The notes under the pieces are model-generated. The model was not told the origin of the DNA, did no database searches, and saw only the letters and a program-made list of their open reading frames with translations. DNA of 46,063 bases from a virus: positions 1-46,063 of IMG/VR virus record IMGVR_UViG_3300050009_000007. The stretch is one strand, 5' to 3'. The number at the start of each line of letters is the position of its first letter. Positions within the stretch are counted from its first letter, which is position 1. Shown piece after piece: positions 27,320 to 35,173 of the stretch. The translations under genes and the position numbers were made by a program.

Positions 27320-27709
27320 ATGTTCACATCATCAATCGCAAAAGGAACAGCAACCTTGGTTGGAATGTTGGCGGCAACCACATTTGCGACGAACAAGATT
27401 CTGGCTGTTACAATCAGTGAGGACACTCCAATCACGCTAAAAGCCGCCTGCTATGTTGGCGTTGCCATTCTGACTCTTGCCATTTGGATAAACAAAAATC
27501 TGTCCGACTCAAAAGTTGCCGCAAAACAGGCGGCAGAAGCGGCGGCACAGGCTTGCACCCATGCAGAATCTGCAAACAGAATAGCCGTCACGACTGCGAG
27601 GGATATGAGTAATGCAATTGGCGGGCTAAAAACACAACTGTCAAATCTGCCTTGCCACAGGGCGGATGTAAAATGTCCCACCACCGAAACAACAAAATTA
27701 AATTTATGA
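27320..27709 (+). CDS. Membrane protein (129 aa): two hydrophobic segments plus an Ala-rich C-terminal domain (holin or i-spanin-like)
   Basis: Hydrophobic segments GTATLVGMLAATTFA and AACYVGVAILTLAIWI, then a helical tail KVAAKQAAEAAAQA. ATGA overlap with the next gene. Confidence 0.5.
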   Translation: MFTSSIAKGTATLVGMLAATTFATNKILAVTISEDTPITLKAACYVGVAILTLAIWINKNLSDSKVAAKQAAEAAAQACTHAESANRIAVTTARDMSNAIGGLKTQLSNLPCHRADVKCPTTETTKLNL

Positions 27710-28044
27710 ATCCAATTCTCACATCCGCTCTTGGGAGCATCCTCCGTTACGCGCTGATGCTGCTCGTCCCGTATTTTGTCAAACACGGCATCTGGACTCA
27801 ATCAGCCGCCGAGGGTTATGTCGAGGCCGCTGTCGCCGGACTGTTAGCCCTTGGCTGGTCATGGTGGAAGATTCACGGCAACCGGGTTAAGCTGCTAACG
27901 GCGCTGGCCATGCCGGACGGCGCGACGGAGAATGATCTGAACGCGCACATAGCATCAGGGTCAACCGCTCCAAGCGTGCTGACGCCGCCAAACACCGTGC
28001 CAGTTTCCGTGCCGACATTTGCGCCCAAAGCACCAACGCCATGA
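27706..28044 (+). CDS. Two-TM membrane protein (112 aa), holin candidate
   Basis: ATG 27706. ILTSALGSILRYALMLLVPYFV and AAVAGLLALGWSWW followed by KIHGNR resemble a widespread proteobacterial-phage holin pattern (recalled from memory). Confidence 0.45.
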   Translation: MNPILTSALGSILRYALMLLVPYFVKHGIWTQSAAEGYVEAAVAGLLALGWSWWKIHGNRVKLLTALAMPDGATENDLNAHIASGSTAPSVLTPPNTVPVSVPTFAPKAPTP

Positions 28045-28538
28045 ATCGCGTCCTCATCACCATCCTTACACTCGCGCTCTTGACGGGGTGCGCTTCAACT
28101 CCGTTTGCCATGAAGCGGGTTGCTCCTGGCGTATGGCGCAGCAACCAGCCGCAGACTGAGGCGGATTTTGTGACGCTCACAAATCACTCCGTCCACACCA
28201 TCGTCAAATTGAATTACGAACGGATGGATTGGGAGCGGCGGATGTGCGCCCGATACAACATCGAATTATTTACGATTCCAATATCCACTGGAGAACAACT
28301 GTTTGGCGTCCCTGATCTGAAACTTCTGATGGCAATATGCGCCATAAGCGAATCCGGCACAGACATTCATTGCTGGCATGGTGAGGACAGGACTGGTGTT
28401 GTCATTGCCTTGTGGCGGGTTAAATCTCAAGGCTGGACGCGACTGGATGCTTTTACAGAAATGAAAGAAAACAATTTCCATCCCTTGCTCGTTGGTTTAT
28501 GGTGGGCATTCGATGAAAACACAAAACCAAAACTATGA
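28041..28538 (+). CDS. Lipoprotein with a Cys-based (PTP/dual-specificity) phosphatase motif
   Basis: Lipobox LALLTG|C at residues 12-17. P-loop IHCWHGEDRTGVV matches HCX5R(S/T). GVWRSNQP resembles the ..yRs.qP motif of the tyrosine-phosphatase-family proteins. Confidence 0.6.
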   Translation: MNRVLITILTLALLTGCASTPFAMKRVAPGVWRSNQPQTEADFVTLTNHSVHTIVKLNYERMDWERRMCARYNIELFTIPISTGEQLFGVPDLKLLMAICAISESGTDIHCWHGEDRTGVVIALWRVKSQGWTRLDAFTEMKENNFHPLLVGLWWAFDENTKPKL

Positions 28539-29110
28539 AAAATAAATTAGTCGCAACACTGTCCGCGCTGCTGCTTTGCGCGGGACTCACTCAAGCGCAA
28601 ACCAATGCGCCCTCAACAAACTCAACCCCGTCTGTTTCTGGTGGTATTTCTGAAATATGGACGGCACTTACCACGTCCAGTGGAACAAATGTGGACATCG
28701 GCGCTCAAACGAACTGGGCGGTAATCCCGTATATCGCCTACGATATACAAGCCAAGAAATTCGGTTATGGCGGGGCTATTCTTTACGCCGTGACACCGAA
28801 CTTTTGGGCCGGTGTTCGCGCTCAGTCGCTTGAAGGAGAACAAACTACGGCAGGTGTTCAATGCCAGTTACAAATTTCAAAGAAGTTGTGGGGCATCACC
28901 TACACCCCTTTTCTTGAAACATCTGTTGGTATTGGAAAGAGCGCGCTTTACGGCAGTGCGGGGCCGGGATTGCTTGTCAGTTTCCATACATGGGTTTGGG
29001 GAAGTAAAACCCTTACCGTTGGGGCGGTTGGCGATTATGAACACGCTGTCAGCGGGGGACGAAACTGGAATCAGGTCAACGCTGGCCCGCTCCTGAGATT
29101 CAGCTTTTAA
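28535..29110 (+). CDS. Outer-membrane beta-barrel protein (small, Lom/Ail-sized)
   Basis: Signal peptide MKNKLVATLSALLLCAGLTQA|QTNAPS. Alternating hydrophobic beta-strand pattern. The C-terminus ...GPLLRFSF ends in an aromatic residue, as in OMPs. Confidence 0.6.
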   Translation: MKNKLVATLSALLLCAGLTQAQTNAPSTNSTPSVSGGISEIWTALTTSSGTNVDIGAQTNWAVIPYIAYDIQAKKFGYGGAILYAVTPNFWAGVRAQSLEGEQTTAGVQCQLQISKKLWGITYTPFLETSVGIGKSALYGSAGPGLLVSFHTWVWGSKTLTVGAVGDYEHAVSGGRNWNQVNAGPLLRFSF

Positions 29111-29116
29111 TCTCCT

Positions 29117-29181
29117 CGCCGGGGCGCGCTTCATAAGAGTTTACTGTGTAACAAGGAGGGTTAGCCCCGGCGTTTTTGTTT
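29117..29181 (+). terminator. Terminator-like GC stem with a T tract
   Basis: cgccggggc (29117-29125) pairs with gccccggcg (29164-29172), followed by tttttgttt. The 38-nt loop is unusually long. Confidence 0.4.
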
Positions 29182-29370
29182 ATGAATAACATGAACACCG
29201 TCAAGCGTTGTCTGCTTTGCAGCGCATTAAACGAGTCGAATCTTCCTCAGTGTCATGCTTGCGGGTCGGCACAATTCATCCTTGTCCTTCCTGAAAAACC
29301 GATTCGACCAATTAACAAAAGGAGTCCTTTACGCAGACCTCCGGCTTATTCTCAACTCACAGTTTTGTAA
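29182..29370 (+). CDS. Small zinc-ribbon protein
   Basis: CLLC...CHAC four-cysteine pattern. ATG 29182 lies within ORF 29176..29370. Confidence 0.45.
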   Translation: MNNMNTVKRCLLCSALNESNLPQCHACGSAQFILVLPEKPIRPINKRSPLRRPPAYSQLTVL

Positions 29371-29405
29371 TCCCCGCTCACTACGGGAAAGACATTCCGA
29401 TTATC

Positions 29406-30206
29406 ATGTTCGGAGACGTGCATCGCGACAGCCCTAATCACGCCGACACAAAATGGCAGGAGGACTTGGATTATTTCCGGTCACGGAAAGACGCATACTT
29501 TTTGGGCATGGGTGATTATCTAGACTCGACATCTACCACCGAGCGGGAGTGCCTTGGGCATATTTCCAAGCAGATGCACGACACTTTTCGCAAAGACATC
29601 CAGGCGTTGCAACAGGCCAAGATTGACATGATGGCTGACGAATTGAGTTTTATGAAGGGGAGGCTGATAGGGCTTATCAACGGCAACCATTATTTTGAAT
29701 TCCAAAGCGGCATGAACAGCGACCAAAAGCTGGCTGACGCCCTAAACTGCAAATATCTAGGCGTGTGTGCCTTGATTCGCATTTATTTTAACATGGCAAA
29801 CAGGAAGTGCGCCTTGGACATATTTGCCCATCATGGCCTCGGCGCGGCAAGGCTCGTAGGCGGCTCTATCAATCGCGTGGCTCAGATGTTTGAGGGCGTT
29901 GAGGCTGATGTTGCTGTCATGGGTCATGATCATAAACGTGTGGCCGCTCCTACCACTCCCCGCCTTTTTCTTGAACACGACTCAAGGGATGGTTTGAAGT
30001 TGCGGCGGCGAGAAACTTGGGCGGTTCGGTCAGGCTCGTATCTGGCTAGCTATCGGGACGGTGAATCAAACTACAACGTGGACGCCTGCCGCCCCGCTTC
30101 ATCCTTGGGCCATGTGGAAATGCTGGTCAAGTTTACACGGGGCGGCAAGATTTCTGGTAACATAAAAGAGCGGGCGACCAGACGCGAAATAAGGTTTATA
30201 ACATGA
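29406..30206 (+). CDS. Calcineurin-like metallophosphoesterase
   Basis: Ordered motifs GDVH, GMGDYLD, NGNHY, HHG and GHDH. Confidence 0.7.
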   Translation: MFGDVHRDSPNHADTKWQEDLDYFRSRKDAYFLGMGDYLDSTSTTERECLGHISKQMHDTFRKDIQALQQAKIDMMADELSFMKGRLIGLINGNHYFEFQSGMNSDQKLADALNCKYLGVCALIRIYFNMANRKCALDIFAHHGLGAARLVGGSINRVAQMFEGVEADVAVMGHDHKRVAAPTTPRLFLEHDSRDGLKLRRRETWAVRSGSYLASYRDGESNYNVDACRPASSLGHVEMLVKFTRGGKISGNIKERATRREIRFIT

Positions 30207-30634
30207 TTGGATTCGACTCGGTTGATTTTCAAACCATCCAGTGCATTGATTACAGCGTATCGAAGCTGGTCAAGCCGGTGGATTATTTTTCGCGGGACGG
30301 GACGCATTATCGAATCCCCTACGCGCAGCCAACCGACTTTGCTTCAATTCCAAAGGTGCTTTGGGGGCCACCGCTTTACCTGATTCCGACCGGCTGGTGG
30401 TCGCTGCCGTGCATTGCCCACGACTCCGCTTTCAGGAATATGCTGTTGGTTGTCCTGCCTGACGGGTCAACGAAACTCGCCAGCCTCAATGAGCAACAAT
30501 GCAATGACCTGCTTCTGGAATCAATGCAGGCCATCAAGCCGAATCCGACTGCGTTTGAGAAGTTGCAGATGGAGGCTATTTTTCAAGGGGTCAGTATTGG
30601 TGGTGGTTCGGCCTTCAAAGATGACCGTTGCTGA
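30203..30634 (+). CDS. DUF1353-like protein
   Basis: YRIPYAQPTDFASIPKVLW...CIAHDSAF matches the vP.G..tDgaSiP...w....HD pattern. ATGA overlap with the upstream gene. Confidence 0.55.
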   Translation: MIGFDSVDFQTIQCIDYSVSKLVKPVDYFSRDGTHYRIPYAQPTDFASIPKVLWGPPLYLIPTGWWSLPCIAHDSAFRNMLLVVLPDGSTKLASLNEQQCNDLLLESMQAIKPNPTAFEKLQMEAIFQGVSIGGGSAFKDDRC

Positions 30635-30686
30635 CTGGGGTGAACACCCCATAGCGTCACGCCCGATTCAGGGCTAGGGTTGGCGC

Positions 30687-30851
30687 ATGGGAAATATCGC
30701 ATTAGTAATCTTTTTGGGCCTGTTCGGTTTTCAGGCGCTTGTTCACACTGACATTCCGGATTGGGTTTTAGGCGCGGTCGCATTGGTTGCCGCCGTTGTT
30801 ATTGGGTTTTGCGGAGTCGCAAGCGCCGGTTGGTGGAAGCGAAGTCCATAG
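30687..30851 (+). CDS. Small two-TM membrane protein (54 aa)
   Basis: Hand translation MGNIALVIFLGLFGFQALVHTDIPDWVLGAVALVAAVVIGFCGVASAGWWKRSP. It is below the ORF-track threshold. Confidence 0.35.
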   Translation: MGNIALVIFLGLFGFQALVHTDIPDWVLGAVALVAAVVIGFCGVASAGWWKRSP

Positions 30852-31226
30852 CTGACTTTTCCTTCTCAAGCCGGAACGTCCACAGCCCATGCCCATGATG
30901 GATTGAATGGCCGGTTTCACGCCACCCGTGGCTCAACAACCGCTTGGGTATGCTCTTGCCTATGTGCAGGAGATGGATTTTCATTTATCCTTAAACAAAT
31001 ACTTGCAACAGGCCAAAATTAAAAGCAGGCAGGTGACACAGTGTGTGAGAATAAGTGCGTGCCATTGAATGTCATTTAGTTGATTTAGTGTGTTCATTTC
31101 GGCGGGCATGAAGTTCAAGAATGTTTATGGCCTTTGTTGCGCCATCAAACCCAAATTCAAGTGCAAGCGCATCCTTGGGGGTTAGACTATACGATTCTTC
31201 TTTTTGTTTTTTCATAAATATACAAG

Positions 31227-32111
31227 TTATTTTTCGTTTGGCGTCGGGGGTTGTGGTTCGTCGTCTGGTTCGTTCGTCCAAATCAGCATGGATTGACAGT
31301 CTTGGCGCATAACATCTGAACGGTTTTCCTGCATCCACCATTTCCAAAAATCTTCCCCGGTTTTGAATCTTGCATGAAATCTTGGATGCCCCTTTTTTGT
31401 CGGAACGTCTTTCCATTTTTTCCAATTTGAGATTATGGCTTTTTTCCAGTTTCTTTCAAATGCTGGCCATCGTTTAAACTCCCGTATTCGGCTGGTGTTG
31501 TTTAGGGGGCAACCAACGCATCCCAATCGCGTCCATCCTTGGTCGTATAACTCACAGTATGGGATTTTATACTCTCGGATAAAACCCCAAAGCTGTTCAT
31601 CTGACCAGAACACAATCGGACAAACAATCCTTTCAGCATTGCGATCATCAATCGTAACTTCGCGCCACCGCCTTGCTCGCTTTGCTCCTTCTGCCGCCCG
31701 AACGCCCATTATTTTAGTTCTTCCCCGACCGCCGTTTTCCTTGTATTCCTCGCAGCACCATCGAACCATTCTTGTTGGGGGTGGAGAATTCCTATTTTCT
31801 ACACGCTTCATCATGTTCCCGTTTGGTGGTAGCTGCCAAGCAACGTCTTTATGCTCCCGTTTAATGAAATGAATCAATTCTGGCGGGTCAATGGTTGTGG
31901 ACATATACCACGCCTCAAATCTCACTCCAGAAATTTGAGCCAGCTTTTTAATTACACAGGAATCCTTTCCCCCGGAGAATGCTAAATAATATCCACCAGA
32001 AGGCTCGTTCTCTTTTAATAATTTAACAGCGCGAGCAATTAACTGTTCGGAATTAAAAGACGCAACCATCTCTTGGTCGGTTGGCTCAAAACCGTTTAGT
32101 GTGTTTTGCAT
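31227..32111 (-). CDS. PAPS-reductase-family (PP-loop ATP pyrophosphatase) protein
   Basis: YLAFSGGKDS PP-loop. IMGVRAAEGAKRARR fits G.R..ES..R. C-terminal CVGCPL cysteines and a Trp/Lys-rich tail. Confidence 0.75.
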   Translation of the reverse strand: MQNTLNGFEPTDQEMVASFNSEQLIARAVKLLKENEPSGGYYLAFSGGKDSCVIKKLAQISGVRFEAWYMSTTIDPPELIHFIKREHKDVAWQLPPNGNMMKRVENRNSPPPTRMVRWCCEEYKENGGRGRTKIMGVRAAEGAKRARRWREVTIDDRNAERIVCPIVFWSDEQLWGFIREYKIPYCELYDQGWTRLGCVGCPLNNTSRIREFKRWPAFERNWKKAIISNWKKWKDVPTKKGHPRFHARFKTGEDFWKWWMQENRSDVMRQDCQSMLIWTNEPDDEPQPPTPNEK

Positions 32112-32266
32112 TATTTTGGTATGGTTATTTCAGGGTTTTCCAGTTAGCATAAAATTCCACGTCAGGAGCCATAACGCGGCGCGAATGAGATTCGCACCAA
32201 CTCCAAACGTGGAAAATTGATTTGCCGCGTTACTGGCATCCAGACAATTCAAATGTTGCACACAGT

Positions 32267-32470
32267 TCATGGCTTTGCAAGCGGTTTTTCCTCGATTGGT
32301 GGGGCAAAATATCCGCCTGTTATTTCGTCGTCACGCTCGGTCACATAGACCGTTTTCCCGCCGCCGCAAGCGGGGCAGGTTTCACCGGCGTTTGAACTGG
32401 TCAGAAGCGTGCTGCCAATCCAGCCGCGCCCGCCGCACGATGGACATAGAATTGGATAGGTTCTGGTCAT
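32267..32470 (-). CDS. Small DnaJ-type zinc-finger protein
   Basis: Two CxxCxGxG-like units (CPSCGGRG, CPACGGGK). ATG 32468-32470 forms an ATGA overlap with the upstream gene. Confidence 0.55.
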   Translation of the reverse strand: MTRTYPILCPSCGGRGWIGSTLLTSSNAGETCPACGGGKTVYVTERDDEITGGYFAPPIEEKPLAKP

Positions 32471-32895
32471 TTTATTTCCTTTCGTTGGCACAAATTAGCG
32501 AATTTTTGGGCGAAATCTGCCTGTTCCCGGTTCGGGTGCCGGATTGCGCCCGGACAATGCCAAAGCAGGCCCGTTTCGTAGTCAGTCGGCCAGCGGTGGT
32601 GAATTCTGTCAAAATGGGCACAGGAACGCACCAGGATGACCGCTGTGGCGTCGGAAACCCATTTAGCATTGATTTTAGCTGGAATGGGTATTTTGCACTC
32701 CCTGAGGCGATACGGCATGATTTGAGTCTCGCCAAGCTCGCCAGATGGCCCACAGTGACGATTAGAGCCGTTTTCAAGCTGTTTTAAGGCCCAAATCTGT
32801 CGCTCCATGCTGCTCTGCGCTGATGCGGAAAGGCAGAGGGTAAGAATCAGCACCGTGCAGCCGATGCAAGTTTTTGCGGTGCTAAAAGTGGTCAT
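32467..32895 (-). CDS. Secreted lytic transglycosylase (SLT-like), endolysin candidate
   Basis: N-terminal hydrophobic signal (CIGCTVLILTLCLSASA|QS). LKQLENGSN....GELGETQIMP fits E(S/N)....G..G..Qi.P of SLT domains. Confidence 0.55.
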   Translation of the reverse strand: MTTFSTAKTCIGCTVLILTLCLSASAQSSMERQIWALKQLENGSNRHCGPSGELGETQIMPYRLRECKIPIPAKINAKWVSDATAVILVRSCAHFDRIHHRWPTDYETGLLWHCPGAIRHPNREQADFAQKFANLCQRKEIK

Positions 32896-34004
32896 ACAGC
32901 CTTGGGTTTGGACTGGAAGCCTCCACCAACCTGAGTTGTGTAAATAAACAGGTCGCCGGATTGGATAATTAAAATTGGAAATTTGTCATCAGTCAGTTCG
33001 CCAGATATGAACGCGCCGGACGAAATGGTTGCCTTTGGAGATTTAACAGACGACAGAACTCGGTAGAACGATTCGGCATTAACCCTCGCCGTGAATTTTT
33101 GGAACTTTCCCGCCGATTTCAGGTCAAGGTTTGACCCGCGACCAGCAAATTCAACCTTGACGCCATCCGTCGAGAATGTCATTTGTGCAATCGGAGTCCG
33201 CGCCGGGTAGGAAAAGAAATTGCACCGGGAGAAAATGCCAGCCATTGATTCAATATCAAGTTCTCCAATCTTGGTTTGTTTGTCTGGAATAATTTGTTTG
33301 GTGTTGGGATATTTTCCGTCAACCTGCTTCGCGCAATACGATCCGAATTCATGCGTCACCTTAATATGCTTCTCGTTGGTGGAAAGCTCCGCGCCCTTGC
33401 GGGTCAGGGATTCGGCAACGCCCGCCGCATTCGCGGACGACACGATGGTTTCAAAGTCACCCGACATTAAGGGCTGGTCAATGATTGCCAGTTCCCGGCC
33501 ATTGGTTGACTCGACGTGAAGCATCTTTGCCCCGCCGACAATGTGAACGGATTGTAGAATGTATCGGTTATCGTTCGTGGATGCCGCCCACAATGTTGCC
33601 TTGATTGCGTTGGATAAATCCTCGCACGACACGCCAATCTTTTTCAACCCTTCAACTTTCGGAGGCGGCGGAAATTCTTCGGCATCCAGCGTGTCCAGTT
33701 CAGTTGTTCCAAAATCACAGGATACGACCATGATGTTTTTGGAACAATGCAGGCTGGTGGTTTCGCCGCCGATGGCGTTTAGCAGCGCGGAGAAGTTGAC
33801 ACAGATTGGAGCAAACTCACCTTCGCACTCAATTTTCTCGACCTGAAATTGGTCAAGGTCGCTGACGGTAAAATGTAGTCGGTTCCGATCCGCGTGGATT
33901 TTAACGCACGACAGAATCGGCAGGGTTGTGCGCCGGGAAACGATAGGACGCAATCGGTTAAGAGCCTCAGTTAATGCTTTAGTTTCAATTTTCATTTTAT
34001 TCAT
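32892..34004 (-). CDS. dnaN: DNA polymerase III beta sliding clamp
   Basis: 370 aa. MKIETKALTEALNRLRPIVSRRTTLPILSCVKIHADRNRLHFTVSDLD aligns by eye with the DnaN N-terminus (..r.tlPiL..vll......l.ltgtDle). The size fits a three-domain clamp. Confidence 0.85.
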   Translation of the reverse strand: MNKMKIETKALTEALNRLRPIVSRRTTLPILSCVKIHADRNRLHFTVSDLDQFQVEKIECEGEFAPICVNFSALLNAIGGETTSLHCSKNIMVVSCDFGTTELDTLDAEEFPPPPKVEGLKKIGVSCEDLSNAIKATLWAASTNDNRYILQSVHIVGGAKMLHVESTNGRELAIIDQPLMSGDFETIVSSANAAGVAESLTRKGAELSTNEKHIKVTHEFGSYCAKQVDGKYPNTKQIIPDKQTKIGELDIESMAGIFSRCNFFSYPARTPIAQMTFSTDGVKVEFAGRGSNLDLKSAGKFQKFTARVNAESFYRVLSSVKSPKATISSGAFISGELTDDKFPILIIQSGDLFIYTTQVGGGFQSKPKAV

Positions 34005-34461
34005 TCATGGATGCGGCCATTGCTGCTTCGGCCTCTTTTATTTCTTCGTCGGTTGGTTTGTAATTTGTGTTCTGTAACTGCTTGGCAAAAAACGGAACGA
34101 ACTGCTTTCGGCTGTTTTCGGAATAGGTCAAAAGACGCACATTATCGTCGCTGTATCCTTCTTCGTTTCGGATTCGGTCAACGGAAAGGAATCCTGCTCC
34201 CCGGCCATGATTCTTGGCCAGTCCCTCATCCCAAAGCTGTTTGAATCTAGTAAAGGAAAGTGTGAACGAATGGCCGCGCTCATGCGCCCGCTTTCGGAGA
34301 TTGTTGAACGCGCACTTGTCCGGGAATTTGTCTCGGAACCGACGATACCTGCATTTGGCGCAATATGGGGAATGGTCGAGTATTATCCTTGCCATGCCCC
34401 GGCAAAACTTAGTGAGGCACTTTTGGGAATGCTTAAAAGCTTTCTGGACGATGGCGCTCAT
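33997..34461 (-). CDS. HNH/homing-endonuclease-like protein
   Basis: Cys cluster at the N-terminus. FLSVDRIRNEEGYSDDNVRLLTYSENSRK matches the sIDRId...GY...Nv......eN..K pattern of phage HNH_3-type proteins. Confidence 0.45.
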   Translation of the reverse strand: MSAIVQKAFKHSQKCLTKFCRGMARIILDHSPYCAKCRYRRFRDKFPDKCAFNNLRKRAHERGHSFTLSFTRFKQLWDEGLAKNHGRGAGFLSVDRIRNEEGYSDDNVRLLTYSENSRKQFVPFFAKQLQNTNYKPTDEEIKEAEAAMAASMNE

Positions 34462-34486
34462 ATTTCAGCCTCCGGTTTGGTTGCGG

Positions 34487-34855
34487 TTATCCGTGTTCAA
34501 TCACTTGGTATGCGTCGGTGAAATTGTCCACCACTTCGGCTATGTATCCTAATTTTCGGGCGTGGGAAATCTTTGCCAGTTGTTCGACCGTCGTTTTCCC
34601 GCCCTTCGCCTTGCACTCCAAAAACACCGTCATTGCCATCGGCATGAATATAACGAAGTCTGGAAATCCGATAGGACCGTGGCTCGGTTTGTCCATCCTT
34701 TGATGGAAATATAAGTAGCCCTTTGATTCGCAATGTTTGATTATTTCATCATGCAAATCTCCCTCACGAACAACAGCGGCGGGATTTCGCTTATCGGCAA
34801 CCTTCGGCGCAACCCGCGCCTGCATCTCCCTGAACTGGTCTGGCGTTATTGGCAT
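34487..34855 (-). CDS. VRR-NUC domain nuclease
   Basis: GFPDFVIF....VFLECKAKGGKTTVEQ fits the PD-(D/E)xK core of VRR-NUC (G.PD....E.K...gk.s..Q). Confidence 0.7.
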   Translation of the reverse strand: MPITPDQFREMQARVAPKVADKRNPAAVVREGDLHDEIIKHCESKGYLYFHQRMDKPSHGPIGFPDFVIFMPMAMTVFLECKAKGGKTTVEQLAKISHARKLGYIAEVVDNFTDAYQVIEHG

Positions 34856-35028
34856 ATTTCATTCCTCTCTTTCTTCTGTCCCCTGTCCCCGCCATGTCTC
34901 GACACGGTTGACAGGCAAAATTCATCCCAAAACTTTATGGCCTTCATCTTGGCGTTAGTCTCGGCTGAGATTTCACGCCGGAATTGAGCATAGCCACCAG
35001 GCCATGGAGATTTAGGTTTTTGTGTCAT
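34846..35028 (-). CDS. Hypothetical protein (60 aa)
   Basis: ORF overlapping both neighbours by a few nt. No motif. Confidence 0.35.
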   Translation of the reverse strand: MTQKPKSPWPGGYAQFRREISAETNAKMKAIKFWDEFCLSTVSRHGGDRGQKKERNEICQ

Positions 35029-35164
35029 TCTGTTTTGTTCTTGGTTTTTGCTTGATTTTCTTAGGATGATTCAACCTGTAAATCCGCTGATACTCGCAAA
35101 CGCCAAGCTCCTTGATCGAAAGCCCGGTGATGCTAGGCCTGCCCATCTTTGGAAGTGTGGTCAT
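35012..35164 (-). CDS. Small HTH-like protein (50 aa)
   Basis: Hand translation MTTLPKMGRPSITGLSIKELGVCEYQRIYRLNHPKKIKQKPRTKQNDTKT. It starts 9 nt after the DnaC-like stop and is below the ORF-track threshold. Confidence 0.4.
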   Translation of the reverse strand: MTTLPKMGRPSITGLSIKELGVCEYQRIYRLNHPKKIKQKPRTKQNDTKT

Positions 35165-35173
35165 ATCAAGCCT

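Noticed and set aside
30799-31425. The - strand ORFs 30799..30984 (61 aa) and 31072..31425 (117 aa) in the convergence zone.
   Set aside because: The first overlaps the more convincing hydrophobic + strand mini-ORF 30687..30851 and has an odd His/Arg-rich composition. Most of the second overlaps the PAPS-reductase gene out of frame, and only a 47-aa tail (31072..31215) could be real. Evidence is insufficient.
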